64,000 bases of DNA, taken from contig OZ024761.1 in assembly GCA_964016885.1 (NCBI GenBank), forward strand, positions 5,456,001-5,520,000. Direction: 5' to 3'. The position numbers and the translations under genes are program-made. Shown piece after piece: positions 26,599 through 38,687 of the stretch. The DNA comes from Eledone cirrhosa. Lineage: Eukaryota. The notes under the pieces are model-generated. The model was not told the DNA's origin, made no database searches, and was given only the letters and a program-made list of their open reading frames with translations. How positions within the stretch are numbered: position 1 is the stretch's first letter; every line of letters starts with the position of its first letter.

Positions 26599-27452
26599 CT
26601 AGCAGTAAAGCCCGGCGTTGCTCGGGGTCGCTCAGTAGCTGTGTTAAAGTTACAATGTTAAGTTTCTTTTTTGGCTTAAAAACTGTAGTGTCTACTGTGC
26701 AGACTTGCATGTGGTGTTTTTGATTAATATTCCCTCAACCAACAATATGCCTTATGAAGTTAAGAAAACATAACGATAACCCGAATGTTATAACAAAAGA
26801 GGATGCTGGGGATAAAAACTGCACTGGTTATTTATTAACAAAGATCGAAAATGTAAACACTGCAACGCAGAGAAAAACATTAGCGTAACCAAATTATCAG
26901 TTATGTCTGTCTGCACGCCTATATCACCTCTCTGCACGACTGTCTGTCTGCACGCCTATATCACCTCTCTGCACGACTGTCTGTCTGCACGCGTATATCA
27001 CCTCTCTGCACGACTGTCTGTCTGCACGCCTAACGACGAAATATTTGCTTGTTTTACGTAGTCTTTAAATAGACTTGTTTTCAAGTAAAAATATTGTTTT
27101 AAAATGCTTTTAAATGGAAATGAAGCAAAATGGAAGCTTAGAGTTCGAACTGATGAATTTTGCAGGTCAATATTTTAAACGCTGAGAAAGCCAGCGTAAT
27201 TTTTTACGTAAGACGCTCAATGTAAACAGAACAAAGGGAAATAACTGATAACTTACGCTCAAAAATCGATACATTATATTCGATTTCGTCACATAGGGTG
27301 GGTGAATTTGAAATTTTTTTTTTCCCGATGTCTTCGCTAGGGCTCAATGTACAAGTATAGCAATTTCGGTGCAATTCCGTGAGAGATTCTAAGAGGAGAT
27401 GTGTGCCAAAAATCGATAGACAGACAGACAACCACAGTTTTATATATATAGA
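26599..27452 (-). mobile_element. Non-autonomous Helitron (family A), copy 2
   Basis: A|TC 5' end, hairpin plus CTAG|T 3' end; near-identical to 2456-3498 with two internal deletions and fewer 37-bp units. Confidence 0.85.
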
Positions 27453-27724
27453 TTATACATTAAATTTAGCTCTGGTACTTATATAGAGCACTCTTCACTC
27501 CTATGACTTTTTCAATTTCCAACGGAAACTTCAATACTTATATATATTATTCAAAATATTAACAAATGAAGATATTCACATCTTTAAGAGATGAAGAAAT
27601 CCCGAAGAACTCCATCATCTATTAGTAATCTATTGCAGAAGAAGCGCTCAACCTTTAGGGAGCTAAATATGACCAAAGATTAATTTGGTTCATTGAGTAA
27701 TAAATGAACCAAATTAATCTTTGG

Positions 27725-27771
<47 letters not shown>

Positions 27772-27891
27772 GTTATGTAATAAACAACATAAGATAATTA
27801 TTTCATTTACCAGTGGTTTCTTGAAAGCAAACAAATAAGCTCTGTAACCTACATAGAGCACTCTTTTTTCCTGGACCTTTCCGACTTCATT

Positions 27892-27984
<93 letters not shown>

Positions 27985-27990
27985 ACATAA

Positions 27991-28285
27991 TCTACATACA
28001 TAAATGGCAATTTCTGTCTGTCTGTCTGTCTGTTTGTTTGTGAACCTAAAACTCAAAAACTACTTCATGAAACTTGACACGTGTGTGGGGCTCATGCCCA
28101 TTTGATTTCTTACGTATATTTTATTTTAATCAAAGGGTTCCCCGGGGCCCCAAACCCACGCTGAAAATGTTTTACCTTCGATTTATATGAAATTCAAACC
28201 ATAGGTAAATGACAAGATATGATGCCTATTCACAACATTTCAGCAAATTTCAATAATATTAAGACACCCTAATGGTAGTTCTGTT
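27991..28285 (+). mobile_element. Helitron family B 5' portion
   Basis: A|TCTACATACATAAATGGCAATTTCTGTCTG; reverse-complement match to about 45850-46140. Confidence 0.75.
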
Positions 28286-29005
28286 TTTCCCTGTGTATGT
28301 ATATACATTATACATATATATGTATATACATAACGGCGATGAATTAGTTTTGCGAGGTTTTTGATATGAAATCGTGTGTCGAAACAAATATTGTTATACT
28401 TGATATATTGATATAAACAGACTAAATAAAGATGGCGTAGAAAATACAATGCAACGGGAGGAAACAATAGCACCACTGACGATGTTGCAGATGTGCAACG
28501 AAAGAACTTTGATAAACTATATATATGTGTTTGTGTCTATATTGTATCTGTATTATTTTTGACCGTTGGTCAGTCAATGGCAACATTGAGGACCAAATAA
28601 ATTAGATTACCGATATAAAAGACACAAAAGCGAAAAGCGAAAACCAACCAAACAGTGAGTGTGTTCTGTTATTAATTCTGGCAATATTACACACAAATTA
28701 CACAAATATGACCCTCCCCAAGTATAACAATATGTATATACATACATATATATGTATTTACATACATACATACACACTACTATGTTGTCCTCTTTCCCCA
28801 TCCAATTCGCTCTGTGCCAATAACTTATTTTAGTTATTGCTCGCACTGATTTTGAGGTATCTGGTCTTTAATGCTAAGAAATACCAATGATAGTCAGCAG
28901 ACTACTGATGATGGACAGTCCCGTTTCTCGCTCTATTTTCATTCATATGTAGCACGCCATTGTTTCATTTATATATAGAGAGAGATAGATGAACACACAC
29001 ACACA

Positions 29006-29109
<104 letters not shown>

Positions 29110-29491
29110 CACATGGCTGTCAATAGTTATTATGGTCCGTTTGTATACCTTAATTTATTCTTTTGATTGAGTTCTATAAACCATTCTATCCCTAATTAAT
29201 ATATTCGTCACCCTGGTGGTTTTCAATCCCTCTGAACACACACACACATGCATATGTGTGTGTGTGTGTGTGTGTGTGTGTCTGTGTGTCTGTGTATGGA
29301 ATTCTCTCTTTACTGTGTTATAAAGAACTCGGAATTTCTTACTTGAGCTTATTTGATTATAACGGAATATTGTGAGTTTGTAAGCCAGCATTTCAATTTA
29401 ATACACATACACACACACACACACACATATATATGTGTGTGTGTATGTGTATATATATATGTGTGTGAGTATATATATATATATATATGTG

Positions 29492-29554
<63 letters not shown>

Positions 29555-29976
29555 ATATATATATGTGTGTGTGTGTGTGTATATATATGTGTGTGTGTGT
29601 GTGTGTATATATATGTGTGTGTGTGTGTGTGTGTATATATATGTGTGTGTGTACATGTATGTATGTGTGTGCGTTCGCGTAGAGCGAGGAAATTTGACAC
29701 TGGATAATGAGGGTGAATTAGGAGGCAGTTACACTTCTAGACAAAGACATGGAAGGGGTGTGGTGAGAGGAGATGTTATGAGGATGTGAAGAAGTGGCAG
29801 ATGGCCCCCCCCCCCATCTGCCACGTGGGTAAAACTAACCCCCCACGCCGCCCCCACCCTACCAAAATAAAAAAAAAAAAAAAAAAGCCCCTGAAATGTT
29901 TGAAAATTTATTTTTAAAAATGAGGTAAAAAAACGGAACTATTTCTGTGTTAGGGTGGGCAACTTTTGGTTTATGT

Positions 29977-30547
29977 CAGAGGTTCTGAAAGTGGGCGATA
30001 CCGACCCCCGGGCGGCGCTGTGAAGGTCCAGGGGTGCGCTGGGGGCCTATGGGAGTGGTGGGGGGTGGTAGAGATGATATAATACTATATTAAATATCAA
30101 ATGATACATATTATATATAAATATAGTAAAATATAAAATATATAATATTTATTTATACATAGTATATATTATATTATTTATTATATATAGGGTGGTGGAT
30201 TGGCAGTATCGGTAGAGGGTTGGACGCCATGCTTTGCAGCATAGAGTTACGGCCCTTTATGATCTGAGTTCAAATCCCGCCGAGGTTAACTTTGCCTTTC
30301 ATCTTAAGGATGAAAGGCAAAGTTAACCTCGCCGGGGTCGATTTAATCGCACTGGGGTCCATTTAATCGACTTCCCCGCCCAAATTGCTGGCCTTGTGCC
30401 TATATAAGAAACCATTACTTATTATATATAAATTAACGATTTTATTTATTATATATTATTTACAATTTGTTTGTAGGTAGGTCTCTCTGGGTGGGGACGT
30501 TGAGGGTATTACATGGCCGTGAGGGGCAGCAAAAGTTTGAGAACCTG
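29977..30547. mobile_element. hAT (Charlie-like) MITE with a nested SINE (30190-30418)
   Basis: TIR CAGAGGTTCTGAAA / TTTGAGAACCTG; 8-bp flanks GTTTATGT and GTTTATGC (7/8 match). Confidence 0.7.
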
Positions 30548-30839
30548 GTTTATGCAAACTGTTTAGGTGAAATGAACCCGCAGTATATTACTGGTTTAAT
30601 TGACAGAGCAATTTAACGATTTGAAGTGAACACCGACACTGTCACCAGACACAGACAGACTAGGACAACATCAGAAATCATCAGATGACATAAGCGACCA
30701 TCAGACATGATATCATCAGTCATAAACAGAGGGAGATAATTTCATAAACATGAGGGAGATAATTTCATTAGGCAACATAAGACATGACAACTTCGTCAGA
30801 CAATTTCAATTTCGTCAAACAATATGAAATAGTACTCAC

Positions 30840-31111
30840 CTAAATGTTAGGTTGGTCTTCTCCCAATGGGAACTAGATATAATGAAACGTTTCTTCCTAG
30901 CATTTTCCCAGAAAGCCACCGGTAAAGTATCTTTGTTCCCGCATCTCGGCTTGTCCATCCATTCTATGGTCCGATGGTCAAGCCGTCCAGTCACGGGTAA
31001 ATTAGCAAACGCCTGGAATCTGCGTATTGCTTTCACCTGGGTTTCTTCACTCATCAAATTCTCTGTTTCTAAGCTTGGACCACTAACGTAGCCAAACTCA
31101 ATCAGATATTT
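30840..31111 (-). CDS. Internal exon of a matrix metalloproteinase (M10A): pro-domain, cysteine switch, furin site, start of catalytic domain
   Basis: Polypyrimidine tract TTCTTTTCTCTTTTGTAG acceptor (phase 0) and AG|GTGAGT donor (phase 2). 272 nt encode KYLIEFGYV..AIRRFQAFANLPVTGRLDHRTIEWMDKPRCGNKD..RKKRF..WEKTNLTF(R). Boundaries match the usual MMP exon 2 (KYL..LTYR). Confidence 0.95.
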
Positions 31112-31339
31112 CTACAAAAGAGAAAAGAAGACACAAACAAATTAGAAATTTAAAACATGACAAACTTTCATTTGGTTAAACATTAAAATCGTGAGTATAG
31201 TCTGTGTGTGGTGAAACTTAGAGTTTACAACCTATGTAGGGTTAGCTGGCCTCCTACAAGATTGTATCTTATAAAAGATTTCTCTGCTGTTTTAATGATA
31301 GGGGCCACAGTCTTACCACACACACACACACACACACAT

Positions 31340-31680
31340 ATGTACGCAAAATGTATACATACTGAGTACAGGCAATAAATATTAGAATGCACAGACTTTC
31401 CCCAAAATAAAATGATCGACAGATAAAATACAACTGTATGTAAACACCCCAAAATGTTTACATAATTTAAATAATTGTCTCTATTTTAGGCACAAGGCCA
31501 GCACATACCCAGTACATTACTGGTACTTTATTTTATCGACCCCGTAAGGATGAGAGGCAAAGTTAACCTCGGCGGGATTTGAACTCATAATTACATAATT
31601 TAAATAATGCATATAAAACAATTTATTTTAATGTATTTTTAAAAGATTTTTTTGTGTATACATTTTTGGGGGACATCGTA
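31340..31680. mobile_element. Degenerate Tc1/mariner-like MITE interrupted by a truncated SINE (31476-31590) with an 18-bp TSD
   Basis: CAAAATGTATACA / TGTATACATTTTTGGGGGACA inverted ends, similar to CAGGGTGTCCCCAAAAATGTATA near 23214; TTACATAATTTAAATAAT duplicated at 31458-31475 and 31591-31608. Confidence 0.6.
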
Positions 31681-32307
31681 TATATATATATATATATATA
31701 TAAATGGAAAAGAATGAAACGAAATTTCATTTCTCATTCTTAGTACGGCTGGTACTTAAATGTAAGTATGTATACGTACATACATATATGTATACAGACG
31801 TACAGTAGTATGTATATATATACATACATGCACACATATATATATATGTACGTATGGGTTTACCGAACATTTATTGTAATGCTCGGTTTGTTTGTAAACA
31901 AACAGCCCGAATTACGCCGTACAGTGTTCAGGCAACCATCGTCACCTTTTTGTTCAACACTGACACAGGAACGATGTACTAGTTTCAAGCTCATTAGCTA
32001 TCGTCAGCATCGTGTAGCTTTCTGTCAGATGGTTGAACGTCTATACTTCGTTTTTGAATTTGTTTTGCAAGATTTGCACACAATACACAAAAACAAGATC
32101 GTGTAGGACAGAAATAGAGGAGAGACACAAAATAAGAAATCAGTCACTGAGGAGGTCACAGAATGTGTGACGAAAGAGCTTTGACAATATATAAACAACC
32201 ATCCGGTTAATGAACCAATCAATCGGAAATCTATAATTAATTGATGTGAAAACCAACGGGTGGGTGTGTTTTAATGGCAGCATGACTCTTCCAAAGTATA
32301 ACAATAT

Positions 32308-32603
32308 ATCTAAAGTCTAAAGTCTGTCTTAAGCCAGAAGGCTCATTTGGCCGGTGCTTATCCCGGTTTCATGGCGTGAAGCGACTGAGAGCCCAGGACC
32401 CCCCCCCCTGGACAAGACGCCAGTCCATCGCAGGGTTAAACCTCCAGCTATTGCTGGTACTCATTTTCAGTTGAGTAAACTGGAGCAACGTGAAATAAAG
32501 TGTCTTGCTCAAGGAGACAACACATCACCCGGTCCGAGAATTGAACTCACAACCTTTCGATTGCAAGCCTAATGCTCTAACCACTAAGCCATGCGCCTTC
32601 ACA
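32308..32603 (-). mobile_element. tRNA-derived SINE, CORE-like domain plus V-domain-like segment and (AGACTTT)n tail
   Basis: Head nearly identical to the 47327 SINE, then CCCTGCGATGGACTGGCGTCTTGTCCAGGGG and AGACTTTAGACTTTAG. Confidence 0.75.
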
Positions 32604-32935
32604 TAACAATATACATATATAACGAAGGAGTTGTGGTAAGGAACCAGATGGACCATAACGCACCAGAGTACTCAATACTTAGGGTAGTAGAGTGGGTAAT
32701 AGGAAAATGTATGACCCCGACAGCAGAGCTCAAGCCGTTTCAGGTATAGGTGAAGGTACCCATTTATGTGTGTTGTATTGAAGCGAATAACTATGTGTCT
32801 ACTCTGGGAGTTTATTTAACTTTACCTATTGAGTACACTGAGATGCAACCGGTCCTAACGGTGAAACCCATGCTAGTTCCGTCAACTTATTACTTCTGGC
32901 AACATTATTACAACAATATGACCTTCCTCAAGTAT

Positions 32936-32980
<45 letters not shown>

Positions 32981-32984
<4 letters not shown>

Positions 32985-33451
32985 GATAAATCTACCAAAA
33001 GTTTACGGTAGTGTCCAATCCGTATGAAGAACTCAATATAATCCGGATATCATGAAAAGAGAAGATGCATTCAAAAAACTACTTTCGGCGAAAAATAAAC
33101 GGAAAACAGAGTCAAGATAAATTATTAAAAAAATAATGAATAAACGAAGAAACAGTTCCTTATATTAAAAAAAATTCATTATTTTACGATCGTTTCTAGG
33201 ATATATATGTGTTAGAGTTGGTATGCCTATTCTATAGATCTATGTACAATATTTATACAAACTATCAGAGGGAATATACATACCTACACATATATATGCT
33301 GTCTTCAGAAAAAATCTTGACTCTGTTTTCCGTTTATTTTTCACCGAAAGTAGTTTTTGAATGCATCTTCTCTTTTCATGATATCCGGATTATATTGAGT
33401 TCTTCATACGGATTGGACACTACCGTAAACTTTTGGTAGATTTATCTACAT
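32981..33451. repeat. Inverted repeat with ~138-bp arms enclosing a hammerhead motif
   Basis: 32981-33118 is the reverse complement of 33314-33451 with one mismatch. Confidence 0.9.
33178..33315 (-). ncRNA. Type I hammerhead motif with greatly extended stem II (family H8)
   Basis: Minus strand ATTTTTT-CTGAAGA-[~105 nt including ATATATATGTGT/ACACATATATAT and GGTATG/CATACC]-GAAA-CGATCG-TA-AAATAAT. Confidence 0.6.
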
Positions 33452-33585
33452 ACTTTGCTCCTATTTTCACGGGGATATTCTTATTTTTGTATTGTATGTG
33501 TATGTAAATTTATATATATATACATATATGTGTATGGCTTTATAACTCCATATACAAATAGTTGAGCTCTTTTTCTTGTCCATTA

Positions 33586-33638
<53 letters not shown>

Positions 33639-33680
33639 ATATTAAATAAATGATGGAAACTATATTTATAAAACTATATT

Positions 33681-33742
33681 TATTCTATTATATATATTTC
33701 AAGGGTACCAACAATTTTGGTATGCCTTCATCAGATAAAATA
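33681..33742 (-). ncRNA. Minimal type I hammerhead motif (family H1)
   Basis: TATTTTAT-CTGATGA-AGGCATACCA..TGGTACCCTT-GAAA-TATATA-TA-ATAGAATA. Confidence 0.75.
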
Positions 33743-33883
33743 CAAAATGTTTTATAAATATTTGACATGACCAAGGATGATATACCTTAACGGTTCAAGT
33801 TATCCCTGGAAAAATCTGTCGAGTGCTTTGAATCAGTTGTAAACATCTATATTTGTTGGATTTCCAACAAATTAAATATCCCT

Positions 33884-33933
<50 letters not shown>

Positions 33934-33992
33934 CATATATGCGTGTGTGTGTATGTGTGTATATATAAATATATATATAGTCTCTCTCTCTC

Positions 33993-34029
<37 letters not shown>

Positions 34030-34581
34030 TAGTACACACCACACATGCATATATGTATATATGTATATTCGACAGATAGAGAAGGTGACCAAGAGAGAGA
34101 GGGGGGGGGGGGGGGGCTGATGTGAATAGTTGACATCGTCATCATCATCATCATCATCATCAATTCCATTGGAAGACAATGGAAGTTTTGCCTTGACACC
34201 ACAGCATCACGTGATCTCGTGGTCATTGTACTTCTCCAACGATGACTGTCGGGTAAAAACGGCTTTGAATTGATAAAGTACTTAGATATGGCGGATGTAA
34301 GTGTTTTTAGGTTCTAATCTCACTTCCGGCACGTCTACTACCTCTAACAAACATTTCTCCCACTCCCCACTCTCATATTTAGGCGGGAAAGAAAGATTAG
34401 ACAATGGTTTAGGATAGGTTCTGCTGCAGCATGGCCTTAGCTAGAGGGCCAAGCGGTGTTGATAAACTGGGTTGAAGGACTGACTTACCAACCCCAAATT
34501 CGCATCAGTAGATATGTTTGTTGTTATTTTTTTATACCTATAAATCCACAACATACCATTAATACGCCCTACTCTTCCTCC

Positions 34582-34635
<54 letters not shown>

Positions 34636-34659
34636 CGACAAGATCCCAGACTTCATTCG

Positions 34660-34855
34660 CTTAACAGGTGGACCGAGGAAACAACGTTTCCATTGGTCTT
34701 TCCAATTGCTAATACAATCTATCGGTCGCAAATCCAGGCAGAAGGAAGAACGTGAAATAAAGTGTCTTGCTCAAGCACATAACGCCATCGCCCGGTCTGA
34801 GAATCGAAATAACAGCCTCACGATTGCAATCCAATTCTCTAACAACTCAGTCATG
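34660..34855 (-). mobile_element. tRNA-derived SINE, same subfamily as 19455-19662
   Basis: Shared GGACCGAGGAAAC..TGGTCTTTCCAATTGCTAATAC tail and CGTGAAATAAAGTGTCTTGCTCAAG core. Confidence 0.7.
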
Positions 34856-34931
34856 CATATATATATAGTGAGTTAGAAACTCAGAGTAGTCTCTTATAGC
34901 TCTAAGAAAAAAAGCTTTTCCGAGCCGTGTA

Positions 34932-35292
34932 ATATAATTGAATAAACAAGAGAGATGGACACTAATATAAACATACATGTGTTCGAATCGTAAGGACCAA
35001 CATTTTCTAGGGTGAAAAAATACTAACTACAGCAATATGGTTTGTCAGACTTAATTTTAAGTAGTAAATTAAGAAAAATAACAGACCTATATCAGGCAAT
35101 AGACTGGTAGTTGTTACCAGGCTATTGCTCGATATAGGTCTGTTATTTTTCTTAATTTACTACTTAAAATTAAGTCTGACAAACCATATTGCTGTAGTTA
35201 GTATTTTTTCACCCTAGAAAATGTTGGTCCTTACGATTCGAACACATGTATGTTTATATTAGTGTCCATCTCTCTTGTTTATTCAATTATAT
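34932..35292. repeat. Long fold-back with ~162-bp apparently perfect arms
   Basis: 34932-35093 is the reverse complement of 35131-35292; the 37-nt spacer is itself a hairpin. Confidence 0.9.
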
Positions 35293-35561
35293 ATATATAT
35301 ATAATATAGAAATGGCTTCTACAGGACTAGAACTGTTTCGAATGAAACAGTTCTATTCCTGTAGAAGCCATTTCTATATTAAATCTTGTATATACTCTAC
35401 TATGTATTGAGTATCTTACTTACTGTGGTTACCCCCGATTAAACCCGGGACTCAAACACACACACATGTGTGTGTGTAAAGTAATAACAAAATAACAAAA
35501 CAAACGGCACAGTACATGGAATAAATATATTCGTTTAACGCATGAAATATCAGGAAGAGAG

Positions 35562-35597
35562 TCTTAACGTTTCGGTCAGTCGTCCTTCATCAGAAGA
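35562..35597 (-). ncRNA. Ultra-minimal hammerhead motif (family H4)
   Basis: TCTT-CTGATGA-AGGACGACTGACC-GAAACGTT-AAGA; helix III reduced to the palindrome AACGTT. Confidence 0.55.
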
Positions 35598-37074
35598 TAG
35601 AGTTAGAAATAGAAGATATATAGAAAGAAAAGAGTGATGAGAGGAAGGACGCGGAAAATGAGAAAAAACACACGTGTGTATTACAAACTTATTCAATTGT
35701 CCAATCATATCTATTGATAATGTTGGAAAGTAAATTTACGATATTTGGCACTATATTAATATTAATATTGGTTTCCTACAAAATTGAATTCAATAAGAGA
35801 TTTAGCTCAATGTCCTCTTCTTTTGCGTCCATTTTTCTGCCAATGATAATCGTAATACTACTGATAATAATAATAATTATCGTCGGTGATTAAGTTGACC
35901 TGACCGTTTCGTGTAAGTGACCATCCGTTTGGCTGTTCGTTAATGGACGGATGTGAGCTCTCGTGTTAAATCAGACGATATCCGGTGTGACCATTTTATG
36001 ACCGGAAATAACTCATATGAGGCAGCTTTTTTTTCTCGGCATCTTTTATTCTTTTTACCTTCAAACAAGAAGATTATTATTTCTTCTAAGCTCTCTACGG
36101 TTTATTTTAATCATCTCGTCTGCTTGCTAACTGACATCTCCTTTCACTTCTCTCCTCTCTGGTTAAGACGACAGCAATGTAAGCATTTTAGAAGAAAAAC
36201 AAATCTTCCAATGGTCGATGTTATTGTTGTTGCTTTGTACTTTCGTATCTGTCTCGGTTCACTTCCTTTTGAGTTCAAATCCTGCCAAGGTCAACTTTAC
36301 CTCTCATCCTTCCGCGAGGGTGGGAGGTCGATAACATAAAGAACCAGCCAAAGCCGATGGATTTCAGCTACCTTACCCTCCACCCCTTCCCAAAATTACT
36401 GACTTTCCGCCTAAATTAGAAACCATTATTACGGTCCTTTATGGACTGATGACTGAGTTCAAATCCCGCCGAGGTTAACTTTGCCTTTCATCCTTACGGG
36501 GTCGATAAAGTACCAGTAATGCACTGAATAATTTCTGGCCTTTTGCCAAAAGTAGAAACAATTATTGTTGTTGTTTAGCCCTAGGTCGGTCTGACCTATG
36601 ATTAAAATGTCTCAGTCTGACCATCATGTCTATTTTTTTACTGCCATAGTCCACCTAGGAGTACATTATCTTACAGAGGGTGAATTGTCATACTTCAGAC
36701 ATTGCAAATGTGGATATTATGAGAAGCTCGTGGAATGGTCCTCCGTCGATATCGACGATGTGTGTTGTAGTGTGTTCAGTCATCGAAACAGCCTGCTCAT
36801 GAAGCTTACGTGTGGTCTCTGATAATTTTGCAGGGAGATTCAGTGATACGTGACCCACTTGATCTTTGAAATTTAAGTACAGTCCATCTGATGGGATTCC
36901 AAACAGTTTCCGCCTACCCAAATTCATTCACTAGGCTGTGGTAAATGACATTTGGCCGCCAAGGTGTCCCTCGGTGGGATCCAACCGAGGACCTTATGTT
37001 TCAGAAGTGAACTTATTAACCATTCTATTGTATCTACAAGGTGAAGTTGCAACCTTCATACCTAGCCACCATAG

Positions 37075-37360
37075 AAACAGAGATGCTGCGGTTAGGACGA
37101 GAGCCAAAGCTTCTGCAGCCGAGCGGAGTACGACCCTCAAATACTCTAATCTGTCGGCCAGCTACATTTTTCAGCCTGTGGCTTTCGAGACGTTTGGGGG
37201 AGTCGGGCCGCTGACTGCGAGGTTCCTCTCTTCACTGGCGGCTCGCCTAATAGAGGTAACTGGCGAATCCCGCAAGGGCGCTTGGCTGTTTCAGCGCATC
37301 AGCCTCGCCATCACCCGAGGCAACGCTGCAAGTGTGCTGGCTTGCCTCAAAAATCATTAG
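37075..37360 (+). mobile_element. Non-LTR retrotransposon C-terminal fragment (restriction-like endonuclease, CRE-like)
   Basis: AAE..LKYSNLSASYIFQPVAFETFGGVGP..FLSSLAARLIEVTGESR..WLFQRISLAITRGNAASV. Confidence 0.8.
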
Positions 37361-37644
37361 AGAGGTTGCCCAGTACCCCTGGCTGCTGTCTTTTGCTCTG
37401 GTCTTGGCTCCGTTGTTCACCCCTTCCTTTACATTTTCTTTGCAACATTAAAAGAATATATCTTTCTGAATGAATCGCGAGCTATTTATAATATTATCTA
37501 AGCATTTGTAATGTTATTTATGTATATATTTAAAACATATTTGTTATTTATTCTACCGTAAATTTATTCATATGCTCTGTTTATATTTTCATTCTGAAAG
37601 ATTTGCAAACGGTTTGTAATGTATTTATGAAATAAAGATTACAT

Positions 37645-37960
37645 ATATACGTCTGTATGAAGCTACATATATGTATGTATGTGTGTATGAAGCTACATAT
37701 ATGTATGTATGTGTGTATGAAGCTACATATATGTATGTACGTGTGTATGAAGCTACATATATGTGTGTACGTCTGTATGAAGCTATATATATGTATGTAC
37801 GTCTGTATGAAGCTACATATATGTGTGTACGTGTGTACGAAGCTACATATATGTATGTATGTGTGTACGTGTGTACGAAGCTACATATATGTATGTATGT
37901 GTGTATGAAGCTACATATATGTATGTATGTGTGTATGAAGCTACATATATGTATGTATGA
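37645..37960. repeat. ~30-32-bp minisatellite
   Basis: GTATGAAGCTACATATATGTATGTATGTGT repeated about 10 times. Confidence 0.85.
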
Positions 37961-38061
37961 AATAAACATTCAATTTTGGAAGTAAAATGAGGTTTATCCC
38001 CCCTAGGATTCGAACACGAACCTCAGGTTTACCGCAGTAGGTTTTTTTGCCTCTGCAGTAT

Positions 38062-38447
38062 AACTTATAACTGTTTCTACTTTTGGCACAAGGCCAGCAA
38101 TCACCCAGTACATTACTGGTACTTTATTTTATCGACCCCGTAAGGATGAAAGCAAAGTTAACCTCGGCAGGATTTGAACTCAGAATGGCAAGGGCCGTAA
38201 CTCTATACGTCAAAGTATGGCGTCCGACCCTCTACCGACGCTGCCAATCCACCGTATAACTTATAACTGTTTCTACTTTAGGCACAAGGCCAGCAATTAC
38301 CCAGTGCATTACTGGTACTTTATTTTATCGACCCCGTAAGGATGAAAGGCAAAGTCAACTTCGGCGGGATTTGAACTCAGATCGTAAAGGGACGTAACTA
38401 TGCTGGAAAGCATGGCGTCCGACCCTCTACCGATACTGCCAATCCAC
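38062..38447 (-). mobile_element. Two tandem full-length SINE copies
   Basis: Same family as 24090-24275; TATAACTTATAAC at the junctions. Confidence 0.85.
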
Positions 38448-38649
38448 TTATAACACAAAGGAAACAGTATTTCAGGCCACACTTCTCTCTCTTCCCCCTC
38501 TCTCACTACTTCTACATTCTCTCTTCCTCATGCCCCTCACATGTTCATATGTCTTATCTCATCTCTCTCTCTCTCTACTTATCTAGCTCTCTCTTTGTCC
38601 CTCTCTGCTTATCTAGATCTTTCTCTCTTTCTCTCTCTCTACTCCCCCA

Positions 38650-38687
<38 letters not shown>

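Noticed and set aside
31225-31452. Hydrophobic signal-peptide-like frame with a GTATGT donor just upstream of the MMP exon (candidate exon 1)
   Set aside because: No in-frame ATG in the present sequence, and it lies inside a MITE-like element interrupted by a SINE
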